Made by a program: the position numbers and the translations under genes
Part shown: positions 23,101 through 36,030 of the stretch, in pieces
How positions within the stretch are numbered: the first letter of the stretch is position 1
How the letters are laid out: each line of letters begins with the position of its first letter
Source: Mytilus edulis
Taxonomy: Eukaryota
Length of the DNA: 64,000 nucleotides
Assembly: GCF_963676685.1 (NCBI RefSeq)
Contig: NC_092353.1
Coordinates: forward strand, 806,001-870,000
Reading direction: 5' to 3'
The notes under the pieces: model-generated
The model's input: only the letters and a program-made list of their open reading frames with translations
Databases searched by the model: none
Told to the model about the DNA's origin: nothing

Positions 23101-26100
23101 CAAAAATGCCATCACTTAAAGTAAGACGCCTAAGAACCATGGCAATAGAGGTCTTTAGAACACTCAATCATGAAAATCCAGTATACCTCCATGACCTTAT
23201 AAATATTAAAAAAACAAAATATTCTTTCAGATACCAAAATTTAGCTGAAATACCAGACGTAAGAACAACAAGGTATGGCTTGAAATCCTTCAGATATTCT
23301 GCTGCCAAACTATGGAATGAGTTGCCAACCACTTTAGAACTGAAACATCTTTTACCCAATTCAAGAGTCTAATAAACTCATGGAATGGCAACTCATGCCA
23401 TTGCAATGCATGTGCATAGTTTTATATATTTTATGTTATAGCTTGAAATATAATAGTGCTGCTTCTTGTGAATGTTTGCTAAGCTATTTATAATTTGTGA
23501 ATGCTGTGCTTTAGTTTTTATGTTTGCTTTTAGTGCTTATGCATGTGTATAATATAGTATTTAATAGTGCAGCCTAAATGTGCATGAAATGTATGTTCTA
23601 TGTCTTTTATGTTTTAATATTTGTATTGTGTATTATTGTTATGTAAATGTATGCGTTTGTCGGTTATAAAAGCTCAGAGAGCTTATGTTTATTTGTTATA
23701 TGACATGCCGACTATAAATAAAGCTTTGAATTGAATTGAATTGAAGCAGTCCCCCGAGGAGAAATAAGAATGGTACTCTGGGACATGGAGTGAAGCAAGG
23801 AGTTTCTCCTGAGAGTATTTAATCCTTATGTCGAAATGGAAACATAGCTAAACAATTAGTGTCTTAAGAATTTAATTGTGTACAATCCCCAACAATCTAG
23901 TATCTACAACTTAATTCAGTGGTTGTCTTTTGTTTGTGTTACATATTTGTTTTTAGTATTAGAGAAATAAGAATGGTACTCTGGGACATTGACTGTTTCT
24001 CCTGTGAGTATTTAATTCTTACCCATTCCATACGTAACATTGATTGGTTTTTCTTTAGAGTATAGAGCAGTGCCAGCATACCCTTCAGTGTCCCCGGAGG
24101 AGAAATAAGAATGGTAGTCTGGGACTTTGAGTGTATCAGGGAGTTTCTCCTGTGAACATTTTGTCTCCTGGATACAAAATATGTCTGGTTTATACTTCTG
24201 TAAATAATCTATACCATCTTTCTGAAATATAGAATTGATTTATTGATGAATCAACATCCGGCAGCAAATATCACATGGTATTGACTGTTAAATCTATACA
24301 CTTTCTCCCTTACTGCACTATATTTCTAGTTATTCATAAGAAGCAGGAAAACATGACGAAATGGAAACATAGCTTAACAGTAAGTGTCTTTAATTTAATT
24401 GTGTGCAATCTTTTCCCCAACAATCTAGTATCTACAACTTAATTCAGTGGTTGTCGTTTGTTTATGTGTTACATATTTGTTTTTCGTTCATTTTTTATAT
24501 AATAAGGCTGTCAGTTTTCTCTTTTGAATTGTTTTACATTGTCATTTCAGGACCTTTTAAAGCGGACTATGCGATATGGGCTTTGCTCATTGTTATAGGC
24601 CGTAAGGTGACCTATAGTTGTTAATTTCTGTGTCATTTTGGTCTCTTGTGGAGAGTTGGCTCATTGGCAATCATACCACATCTTCTTTATATTTGTACTT
24701 CATTCACTGCTTTGGTACACTATTCAAATACATATAATTTACATACTGAGAATCCATCAGAAAGATTTTTGAGAGAAATCCCACTGTGTTAACAACGTTT
24801 AATATGCAATCTAACATGTCACCCATTCTTGACAAATTTTCAAAAACCTTTTACTTGGGAGACATACTGGTATGTATGTAACATATATAATGAAATATAT
24901 ATATATGAATGTTTTTACATATATGCCAATGGTATATAATTTTTCAGTACAAGTTTTAAAATCTACCAGTTAATTAACTCTTCACTTTAGAACAAAACAC
25001 TGATTTGTTTCCTGTTCTTGCCTATTATTCCACATACACTGATACATGTATGAAATGGTAGACTAAAATTAACTACTCAACTCTGTCCAATTTCACATAT
25101 AGATGTACATAACATTGTCAATATATACATGTACATAACATTGTCAGTTTATACATGGACATAACATTGTCAGTATATACATGGACATAACATTGTCAGT
25201 ATATACATGGACATAACATTGTCAATATATACATGGACATAACATTGTCAATATATACATGGACATAACATTGTCAGTATATACATGGACATAACATTGT
25301 CAGTATATACATGGACATAACATTGTCAATATATACATGTACATAACATTGTCAATATATACATGGACATAACATTGTCAGTATATACATGGACATAACA
25401 TTGTCAATATATACATGGACATTACATTGTCAGTATATACATTGTCAGTATATACATGGACATAACATTGTCAGTATATACATGGACATAACATTGTCAG
25501 TATATACATGGACATAACATTGTCAGTATATACATGGACATAACATTGTCAATATATACATGGACATAACATTGTCAGTATATACATGGACATAACATTG
25601 TCAGTATATACATGGACATAACATTGTCAGTATATACATGGACATAACATTGTCAGTATATACATGGACATAACATTGTCAGTATATACATGGACATAAC
25701 ATTGTCAGTATATACATGGACATAACATTGTTAGTATATACATGGACATAACATTGTCAATATATACATGGACATAACATTGTCAGTATATACATGTACA
25801 TAACATTGTTAGTATATACATGTACATAACAATGTCAATATATACATGGACATAACATTGTCAATATATACATGTTCATAACATTGTCAGTATATACATG
25901 TACATAACATTGTCAATATATACATGTACATAACATTGTCAGTATATACATGTATATTGTACATGTATGAGAAATGTTTGTGTCTGAGTTTGTTCATTAA
26001 TTCCTTTAGAAAAGAACAAGCTAAAGTTTTGCTATTTCAAAGTATTTCAAAGAATAGCAGTAAAACTTTACAATCACAGATATTCTTCTACTCGAGTACA

Positions 26101-29100
26101 TAATAGTTATACTGAATAATTCTACATTGCTTAGGTCTCCCAAAGGCTTGACATATGTATCTACTTTTGAAATCTATCACTTACCTTTAACCAAGCCCTG
26201 ACACCATTAACATTCCACAACACAATAGTCTTGGTAAATTACCTTTAACCAAGCCCTGACACCATTAACATTCCACAACACAATGTCTTGGTAAATTACC
26301 TTTAATCAAGCCCTGACACCATTAACATTCCACAACACAATGTCTTGGTAAATTACCTTTAACCAAGCCCTGACACCATTAACATTCCACAACACAATGT
26401 CTTGGTAAATTACCTTTAACCAAGCCCTGACACCATTAACATTCCACAACACAATAGTCTTGGTAAATTACCTTTAACCAAGCCCTGACACCATTAACAT
26501 TCCAGGACACAATAGTCTTGGTAAATTACCTTTAACCAAGCCCTGACACCATTAACATTCCAGGACACAATAGTCTTGGTAAATTACCTTTAACCAAGCC
26601 CTGACACCATTAACATTCCAGGACACAATAGTCTTGGTAAATTACCTTTAACCAAGCCCTGACACCATTAACATTCCACGACACAATAGTCTTGGTAAAT
26701 TTCCTTCCATCCTTTGTTTTAGCATCAGGATTAATCTGTGTTGGGAATGAAGTATCTACATCATCAGGCAGATCTGTACTTGCTGTGCTGGACTTCTTTT
26801 CTATCTTTGTCTTCTTGGTGGTTGGTTCATCTTCTGCTTCTGTTGTCTTTTTGGTTGTTGCTTCAACATCTGTGACTGCCTTCTATAATAATATAATCAA
26901 TCAAATGATTTTATTGGATAAACAAATTTAATGATAAAGCACATTAAATATTAAAATAAGGAGATGTGGTATGATTACCAATGAGACATGTGAGACAACT
27001 ATCCACCAGAGTTTAAAAAATTAAAATGTTCTTTCTTTTTATCAGAAGATTGAATTTTCAAAAATATATACACCACATCTACTAAATTAAATTATTGTTC
27101 GGCTTCAAAATATATAACAATGCTGTACTGAACTTACTCACTATCGCTCGGGCAAAAATAATCACGAATATAATGCCTACCCATGTTAAAACTACAATAA
27201 AGTATAGCTTGCATCAATTATTTCTTAAATACTTTTGTAATTTTTATATCATTTGTATATTACTAAGATATTTGATTCCACAGGATATATGTATGTTTGT
27301 ATATTTAATTAGATAATTGGATGAGCTCAAGTGATAAAATGGTATGCGTTTTAAATCAGGAGTGCCCTCTACCTGCGATTTCAATCCAATAAATGATTTA
27401 TATTCAGTCTCAGCATCTACATAACCTTTTGAAACATTTTTCTAATAAATCATCATTACTATAAAAGTGCAATAAAGTTTTTTTAAAAGTTATTAAAGGT
27501 ATATTTCTACCTCTTCTTCTTTTTTAAACTGAGTTTTACTGTGTGTATTGTTGAGTGTTTGTTTTTTCTACATTGGCTAGAGTTATAAGGGGATATCTCA
27601 AAAAACATGTTTAACCCTACCACATTTTAGCGCCTGTCCTAAGTCAGGAACCTCTGGCCTTTGTTAGTCTTGTATGATTTTTAAATTTAGTTTCTTGCGT
27701 ATATTTCGGAGTCCATTATCACTGAACTAGTATACATTTTTGTTTAGGGGCCAGCTCAAGCATGCCAAGGAGCGAATGTTTCTCACTGCATTGGAGACCC
27801 ATTGGTGGCTTGACTGTTTTCTGCTCTTTGATCGGGTTGTTGTCACTTTGACACATTCCCCATTTCCATTTTCAATTTGATATAAATATAATAAATGAAA
27901 GTATATACAACTAATTCTCTTTTAAAAAATATAAAATGAAAATATTGCTGAAACAACTTTTATTACATAGCATTATAGTCATGATAGAGGAACATGGACA
28001 AAACCAACAATTGAAGGCGAATTAAATGCAGCTGAACCATGGCCGAAAGGTAAAAAGCTCTCAAGAGCTTATGTTTTTATTGATATGTGTGAACTGGATC
28101 AAACTGAAACTTTCGTATTCATATTGTTTCCAATAATTTGTAATGTCAATGAAAACTTCTCATCTGACATTGTGATGATGCTGATAAAGCCAGCTCGATC
28201 ATGTCTCAAAGCTGTAATACAAACATGACAAGAATAACTGACTGACTAAGCAGGACTAATTTTTATATTCTTATTATGGGGGAAATCAGATGTCGTATTT
28301 CCTAATGTGAACTTATTTTTAAAGGCATAAAAAGTATATGAATTAAATTATAAATTATGAAACAAAACAATCTCATTTTAAAAGTATAAATTAAAATGAA
28401 AATATTGCCAGAACTTTTATAAGGGTAGTAATGGGGGTACCTTCATGACAAAACGGTAAAAATTCTTGCCAAATGACATTCACAGTAATTTTAGGTGTAT
28501 GACAGTAAAATGTACACTACATCCTTCAGACGATAAAAAAACATTGACTGATTTTGACAAATCAAGTTATTTTTTAAAAAAATGACAGAAATGATAAGGA
28601 TATTTTGACAAATCACTGTAAAATTTTAACCAATTTGACGCTAACGGTAGCCGAAAATGACTGTTTGACGCCTGATGTCAAAGGCATTACTATCCTCTTT
28701 TATCATATGGCTGAAGTGGTACATGGACTAGACGACCAAGACTGAATCAACTAAGGCTGAACCATGGACGTGTAGCGAAATCGGTTTTTATATATTTGAA
28801 ATTATATGTAGGATGGCTAATTTCAATTTACAATTCATTTTCATTGTTATTATTTTGCTTACATGATTGTATCCAGGGTAACCTAAAAAGTGTAGTTGAT
28901 TTCTATTGGTTAATCAGTAAGGATTCTCAGTGTTTTACATAAGATAAATGATTAAAAGCTTTTCTTTTCTTCTTGGTAGTAATCAATAGTTGTTTAGATT
29001 AAAATATTTTCGCAAGAAATATTAGTTAACTAAAGGGATATTGAGATCAATGTCAATTATCAGAAGTAGAGTGTAGATTTGTTGGTAAAGGTGTGTTCGA

Positions 29101-29453
29101 AGAGTAGACACACGTATTGTTGATTTATACACACGATAAAAAAAACTCATCATTACAATGTATAAATACCTGAGGCTGAGTTAACATTATAGCTGACTTT
29201 ACCAAATAAAACACACAGATAATAAAAGAAAGATACTGATACATATACAAATACTAAGGTCAAACTGTCTCCTGTTACAGAGTTCGTTTCCCACTGAGGG
29301 TCTGAGCACTGAAGATACTTTATTTTCTCAATTTGCATATAAAATATTTATTTCACAATGTTTTACATACACACACACACAGAGCTTAGAAACTGACAAA
29401 ACATTTTTTAGCTGATTATATTTATATATTTTTACCTTTCTTTTTGGTGGCAT
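17188..29453 (-). CDS. APEX1: DNA-(apurinic/apyrimidinic site) endonuclease 1 (ExoIII/APE1 family), 7 coding exons, ~324 aa
   Basis: Exons (minus): 29453-29436, 26882-26646, 24221-24023, 20414-20343, 18727-18581, 18193-18010, 17305-17188. All introns are GT-AG with consistent phases; total 975 nt. Motifs: [76 protein letters not shown]. Confidence 0.95.
18769..19407. repeat. Minisatellite, 71-bp unit x ~9 (APEX1 intron 4)
   Basis: AAAGTGGATTATACAAAACCTGGAGAACCATACTCTATAGTTTGTATGTCATATTCCGTATAGCAGGTTAT repeated in tandem. Confidence 0.95.
19391..19563. mobile_element. MITE with CGTATAGC.GGTTATTTTCG TIRs (related copy at ~32775-32983)
   Basis: CGTATAGCAGGTTATTTTCGAG ... CTCGAAAATAACTGGCTATACG inverted ends. 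Confidence 0.65.
19647..20265. repeat. Minisatellite with 64-, 51- and 40-bp units (~11 copies)
   Basis: Core TATTAGCTGTAAGGTACTATGTGTTTACAAAGCCATATGT; spacings 64 x5, 51 x3, 40 x2. Confidence 0.95.
21040..23745 (+). mobile_element. 5'-truncated CR1/L2-group LINE (RT ORF2), antisense within APEX1 intron 3
   Basis: RT motifs [43 protein letters not shown] and LLGITID; C-terminal WNGxxCxCxxC after a frameshift. The 3'UTR ends AATAAA + (TTGAA)n tail. ORF-track pieces 21116.., 22017.. and 22662.. form one frame once the MITE and one TAG (22476) are discounted. Confidence 0.92.
21514..21796. mobile_element. PIF/Harbinger (Tourist-like) MITE nested in the LINE
   Basis: Perfect 41-bp TIRs starting GGGAGCTACC; TAA target duplication (21511-13 and 21797-99); internal (TCCTGCC-Tn) repeats. 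Confidence 0.9.
24440..24690 (+). repeat. Abundant interspersed repeat (further copies ~36330-36500, 38160-38600, 38940-39130, 45255-45345)
   Basis: Shared text ...GGGCTTTGCTCATTGTT..GTGACCTATAGTTGTTAAT..GGTCTCTTGTGGAGAGTTG.CTCATTGGCAATCATACCACATCTTC at several places in the window. Confidence 0.8.
25104..25955. repeat. Minisatellite, 26-bp unit x ~32 (APEX1 intron 2)
   Basis: TACATGGACATAACATTGTCAGTATA in tandem. Confidence 0.95.
26181..26699 (-). repeat. 57/58-bp x 9 tandem array made of the APEX1 exon 2 3' end plus its splice donor
   Basis: Unit (minus strand) TTTACCAAGACTATTGTGTCCTGGAATGTTAATGGTGTCAGGGCTTGGTTAAAG|GTAA; the first unit is the coding [18 protein letters not shown]. Confidence 0.95.
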
Positions 29454-30209
29454 GGTACTTAACTTCGCTGAACTGATGAATCTATTAAATGCCGGTATCA
29501 GCAAATTTCTATTTACAAACAACATTCACAATAGAAAATTTCCCGCCATATGTACTTTTATTCCGAAACGAATTACTTTAAAAACGATGTAAAGTATTTA
29601 AAGTCATCCTTACTTTTTGCAGAAACCGACTACTAAGCTTAAACAAATTTATAGTTCATTTGAAAGACATGTAATATAACATGTCTTTTCATTGTTAATA
29701 AAGCATTAGCTTTGATCGTATCATTGTTTCGTTTATATGTGATTCCGTATTTTTAATTAAACGGGCACCTGCCGGAAGTTTACATTTGCTAAGTTACGCA
29801 TGGACGTTCTAAAAGCTGACTTTCTCCCTTGACAGTTGAGGTTTTTTTTTTCTGATTTCACAAATTCAGTTCATTGTCATGGATAATTTGCTTATCATAT
29901 GTATGAATTAATATTTCATATACTGTGCAAAATGTGGTACTATCTCAAATTATTAATTATGCATACATTTATTCCAAACAGAACACTGTTCAGCTGTTCA
30001 GAAATACCAGTACATAACTATAGTGGAGAAATAAAATATTAATTTGCCTCATTATGTTGAAGAAGAGTCAATACACAATGTACCTGATTCTTCCGGTCTT
30101 TGATTTATTGCCAGGGAGCACATACGGATTGGGGATGACTTAGGACACTCAGGCTGACAGCAAATTTGGAATAGAAAATATCTACTTTTTGTGACAAAAT
30201 TGAGAAACA
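29454..30209. promoter_or_regulatory. Probable bidirectional promoter / 5'UTRs between APEX1 and the ANK-SOCS gene
   Basis: Divergent ATGs ~756 bp apart; E2F-like TTTCCCGCC at ~29539 and ETS/GABP CCGGAAGT at 29772. Motif function is inferred. Confidence 0.6.
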
Positions 30210-31214
30210 ATGGATTATTTTGAAGATGACTTACACCGATGTATTATTCAGGGTGATGCTGAAACACTACGTGAATATTTGAAGAAAGGCTTGGATGTTA
30301 ACCATGCTTTTAGAAGCAACGAAAGACCAGAAAGAGTTGGAAAAACAATGGTGGAAACTGCAATAGAAAATGATCAAATTAATATTGTGCAAGCTTTAGT
30401 ACAAAATGGATGTAACACGAATCTAAAATATATAGTGGATGTTTTCAACTATACATACATTTTAAAACCATATAAAAAGAGAGAGCGACTAAAATTAACA
30501 ATTATGTTCAAGTGCATTGTTAAAGAAGATGTCCCAATGGTTAAACTTCTTGTTCAAGGTGGATTTGATGTGAACATTGTTGATGACCGTGGATGGTCTC
30601 CATTGTTACATGCTGTTGATATGGATAACTATGAAATGGTGAAAGCGATTCTGATCAGTGATAAATGTGATGTTAATATAAAAGATACAGCTAATCTTAG
30701 GCCCCTTCACATGGCTGCCATGCATGCCAACAGTAAAATAGCTTCCCAGCTGGTACGTAGAGGTGCAAAGGTTGATGTTGTGCAAATCAGAGGCTGGACA
30801 CCTCTTATTCTGACATGTCGTGCAAACTGTGTACAGACTACCCGCTTGCTACTGTTGAATGGAGCCAATCCAAATCATACTGGATTAAACGGTCATACCC
30901 CACTTTCTACAGCCCTCCAATTTAGCACTTGTAAAGAAATTCCAGAAATGCTGTTAGAAGCAGGTGCATCAGTGGACATAACTTTAATTAAAAGATGCCA
31001 AAGTGAAAAATTCCAAAATCTCATTCTCCACCCTGAGCTGATGGTACTGATTAAGTATTGTGCAGAATCTCCTCAAACTTTGAGAACTCTTTCTTGTCTT
31101 GTTATCAGGAATTCATTGATTCATTCATCACAAAACATTCATTTAATGAAAAAAGTGGAACAATTACCATTACCAAAACTCATAAAGGAGTATATCTTAT
31201 TAGGACATTTGTAA
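30210..31214 (+). CDS. Ankyrin repeat and SOCS box protein (ASB family), 334 aa, single coding exon
   Basis: Ankyrin repeats (GWSPLLHAV, LRPLHMAA, GWTPLILTC, GHTPLSTAL). C-terminal SOCS box with BC-box PQTLRTLSCLVIR and Cul5-box LPLPKLIKEYIL. Confidence 0.92.
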   Translation: MDYFEDDLHRCIIQGDAETLREYLKKGLDVNHAFRSNERPERVGKTMVETAIENDQINIVQALVQNGCNTNLKYIVDVFNYTYILKPYKKRERLKLTIMFKCIVKEDVPMVKLLVQGGFDVNIVDDRGWSPLLHAVDMDNYEMVKAILISDKCDVNIKDTANLRPLHMAAMHANSKIASQLVRRGAKVDVVQIRGWTPLILTCRANCVQTTRLLLLNGANPNHTGLNGHTPLSTALQFSTCKEIPEMLLEAGASVDITLIKRCQSEKFQNLILHPELMVLIKYCAESPQTLRTLSCLVIRNSLIHSSQNIHLMKKVEQLPLPKLIKEYILLGHL

Positions 31215-34200
31215 TTTGTGTAAATTGTTAATACACCTATCATGCCTATGTTTTGGATTATGATGGATCAAGAGTATAATGAAAAAAAGTCTTTTGATGA
31301 TGACAAAAAAAGCAATTTTTCAACTGAACACAAGGACTCAATTAACCAATTGCAGTTTTGTACCTTTGTTTTCATTATGGCTTTTAAAAATCTAAATAAA
31401 AATAATTAATTTATTTAAACTATTTTTTTGTATCAACAATTAGTTAATAAAATACATGTCATGTTAACTGAAGAATATCAGTGTATATATAACTTATTTA
31501 TTTTGGATTTTTGCCACATTACATAGAATTTAAAGGTTCACTAAACATTCACAATTACATTTTGTGCTGATAAATTTGAATTCATCATGTTCATAGTTAA
31601 AAAAAAAATTATTTCTTGCCCTCAAAGTAATTGCAATGTTTTTATCAAATCTACTGCAGCTTTTGATAAGTTATAAAGTATGTTTTATCTGATTTTATAA
31701 TTATGTTGAGAGAAGGAGGTGAAAATGATGATGATACAACAGTATTAAATATCTCTTCAAAATATTGTAGTCTGTCATGAGTTTAAAAGATATAACCACA
31801 AATCACAGTGGTCTTCACACTTGTATGGTGATAAAAACATCTAAAATTCATGATTTCTTTTGTTCAGAAATTCACTGAGAATAAACAAAACTTTTAATTT
31901 CTGTTTTTTTTTACCACATTCTTATTCAATTGATCATTGCTTAACTATTATCTTATTGCTATTGGTTATCTTTCGATTATTTATCCAAAATACTTTTTCC
32001 CATGACCACACATACTTGAAACATGCTATAAATTGGGAATTGTGTATTGATTATGACATAAATTAATAAATAATTAATTATCTTAGTTATAAAACACTTC
32101 CACAGAGAATACTTATATAATTAAATCTGTGTCTTAATTAAAAAGATAAGCCTTCTTCAAACCTATATTGATTTTTGTATGTATTGCTAGATTGATGTGT
32201 CAGAAGTTTAGTATAACCAACACTGAAGAGTACTTCGTATCTTAATGTCTTATCATAAATATCAATTGATTACATAAAAAGTGGGTTTGTTTTCCACCAT
32301 GTTCAGTATAAAACAACGATAATTTATTTATCAGGAAATTTTATAACATATTGTTTATCATGTTTATGTTTCAATATAAAACAATTTATACATGTTATTT
32401 GTAATGTTGTTTAAAGTGGTCTGTGTCCAAACCTAGCCAATCTTTATGATCTTAGTGGTCCATAAGTCTGTCCGTGTTCAGAGCCCCACCCCATCAGTCT
32501 ATATGTTAACTTGTCTTGTGAATGACTACTAAAGCTATGATACTAATACTATGGAATGTGAGCTCCACTTGTTCCCAAATTATGTTTTATTTCCTTCATC
32601 AAGCTAGTGGCCATCCAGTTTGTAGCTTTACTGCAGGTTGTTTTTTCTTTATTGGATTGTTCTTTAAGACATATGGTCTAGGAAGATAAAGTGTGAACAT
32701 AAAATGTGCTTGTAACAAGTCTGGCTGTCTGTACCACATGTTATTCTATTATGTGAATGTCTTAAGGGGAACTCAGGTTATTTTGGCGGGGTGTAAATTT
32801 TCGCTTATTTTCAGGGATAGAACAAAATCGACAAAATAAATTCTGCCAATTTAAAGTGTAGATGCAAAGGTATTGATAAAAGTTCTGAATCTGCCAAAAT
32901 AATAACAGACAAAATATTTTGTATACTTTTTTCAATGAAAATCGCGAAATTTTACACCCGCTAAAATAACCCGCTATACAGTATGTCTGAATGTCTGCTG
33001 ATAATTGTCAAAGGATCATAATCTGAGAAAAATGTAGGAACTGGGTGCTACACTAAATGGTGCACATTTTCAATGTATACACAACCATTGTTAAAGTTTG
33101 AAGGCTTTAGGAAGAAATCAAATAGGAGTTTATTTCAAAAATTAGACACATGTTTCATCATCCACAAGATTTACCCTTTGTGCAGCCAAGCCTATCATCA
33201 AGAACAATCAGGTAACATAAAGCACATATGACATAAAATCAAAATAAAACAACACACAAATATTTTCCAATTTTATTCTGCTTCTCCAAAGCAGTACATT
33301 ATAGTTATACATTGTGGAATGTTAACTCTGTGAGCAACTAAATAAAAACAATCATAGCCAGTATACACTAAAACAGAACACTTCAATTTCAATATGTATA
33401 TCACTCATACACATTCATGGGGAGAAACATGGAATTCTCAATATTAAATGCAGACAGTAGTTTTAAATTTACAGTATTTTTGTCACTTTTATTAACACAT
33501 TTTTCGTCTGATCTTTTTGAAATCAGTTTAGAAACAAATGCCCAACTTGAGGTATCTAAATACTTTTGTGATTGAAATTTTTGATCATCAATGTCATGTT
33601 TTCAACTTGACAAATTAATTTAAAAAAAAAAGGTAACAAAAGATCTTTAAATACATGTGAAAATGAAACAATGTTTATAATGTTAAAATTATGTTCAAGT
33701 AGCATGTGCAAGTTTGAAAAAAAGATGAACTACATGTACTGAGTCCACTTGGCCACAATAACCCCTAAAAGCTGAACAACAAAACCTCTGAAGAATTCCA
33801 CAAAAGTAAATTCAAATGGCAATTTGCATTTATGAGATAACTGTCTTAATATATTTCAATAGAAGTATAAAATTTAGATGAGGAACATGTTGAATATTGA
33901 AATCCCTTACAATCTCCTTTATAAGAATTCATCTGATAGATCTCTATCACTATACAACAAAGAGGTTTAATAATTAATGGCAGGTTTGTAAGAGATTTCA
34001 CTATTTTCCTATTAAATCTGTCTATATTATATCTACATTCTAATTTATCAGTATGTTATAACCGTATAACATCAAATGGCACAGTTGACATAATATCTAC
34101 AAATTAATTTGGTTTGACCAGTTAGTACAGTGACCACAACACATTGTCTGAAAGTTGAAACATATTTCTATTAACTTTGAAGGCCTTCACAGTTCTTAAG

Positions 34201-36030
34201 AAAAAAAAATTAAAATTTAGACTCTTATGCAGTCAATATATACACCAAAGAAATCCTCTCTTATATATAGCCAACCTTGATTTTGAAGATAGGGTGTACC
34301 GGTACTCCATAGTTTTTCCTGCTGACTTTACATACAAAGAGCTTTATATGACTATTACATACAATAGGCAATATGTGTAGTAGTCTTCTTGAAGCTACTT
34401 GATTTAATTTGATCAGCACCAAGGGAGTACATTTGATGACATTATAAAATTGGCCTGTATGAATAAAACAAATGATGGATGTATATATGATGTTGGACTG
34501 AAATTTAAGGGCAGTGAGAAGATTGTTGGGCATATTTCTATAGATACATCTTGGGGAATTTTTGACAAACTACAGGTTTTGAGTGATAACAAAATTAAGT
34601 CCAGACAATTATCATTTTTTTAAATTTTACGGATATAATTTTAGTCACATTTCTCCTGGCTAACATTTGTGTTTATAGTTACTAAATACTGAACAAAGTT
34701 AAGTGTTATGACACAAACTGGTTTAACATCTATGTACTACTATTAAAGGTGCATGTTCTTGGTTTTTTGTACTTCATAAAAATTTACAATGTATCTATAC
34801 AAGGTTTATAAATAAAATTTCTATACATATATGTACATAATAGAATAAATAGTTTTATATGTGCTACATATATTATGTACAAATAACAAGATGATAAAAA
34901 TACTGATTTATAAAAAAATAAACAACAACTTATCACTCAAACTACAACAAAGAAAAAACTTACAACTATTATAGGTTCTTTTACACTGCATCTTGGCAAA
35001 AAACATGAACTGCAATAACCGTAATAGGTTCATACACACTGCATCTTGGCAAATATAAGCATGCATCTACAGGAAAAATTATGTTAAGGTTTGTGGAATT
35101 TTTAAATTTCTGTAAATTCCTAAAATTCTTGGCTGTCATTTTGTTTTGGTTATGGGAACAATAAGTGAAAATGTTACCAGAAAATTTCACACAGCACCAT
35201 AAACCTCTTTATGGTTAGGCAAGACTTTTACTAATGTCTAATTTAGTTTCACTTTTGAAATCGAAAATAAAAAAATTAGACGCAATCATTTCAATGAATT
35301 TACTATCAAGTCTATAATTACTTGTCTCATGAGTTCTTGCACTCTTTGATAGAGTGCTTGATGAGTTGACTAATGGAAATAACGAAATTTTTGTCATATA
35401 TCTTGTATGTTTTCACATAGTTGTTACCTATAATGTCCCTACTGTCATCAAACAGTATTTCAGTACACAAATAAAGCACTTATATAATAACATTACCATT
35501 TCCTACAACTTTTGATACAATGTTATGTATGTTAATCATTCACAAGAAGATTTATCTGAATTAAATTATAACAATTGGTTGATAGAATGCAATCTTTTAT
35601 AAAGATGCTATATCAGGTGAGGTTTTTATGACTACAAAATTAGTTAAATTACTTACAAAATTAAAAATCTACCAGCACTACATCCTTAATCATGTGAGAA
35701 GCTACCCTTGATGTAACTTCATCAATTATGAATATATACAGCAGTGCTTGGAAACTTTGACCTTCTACTGTAGATGTCTCATTTTCTTTCTCTACTCATA
35801 AAACAAACATATTTCTTGACCTGATTTTCAAATATGGTATTTGCAGCAAACATGAAAGACATTTTTCAAACAAGAAATATTTGAAAATAGAAAGTCCAAC
35901 TAAATCCTGTTCTGAATGATGACACACAACTGACTTTAAGTCTTTACTTCTATGTAAACAGTGATATAAATAAAATGGACGGTTTCTTTAAAAGCTGAAC
36001 ACATTAACATGGTTTGAAACAGATTATTTA

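Noticed and set aside
31215-36030. Possible additional gene between the ASB and ARMC2 3' ends
   Set aside because: Only short AT-rich ORFs and a MITE; consistent with convergent 3'UTRs/intergenic DNA.
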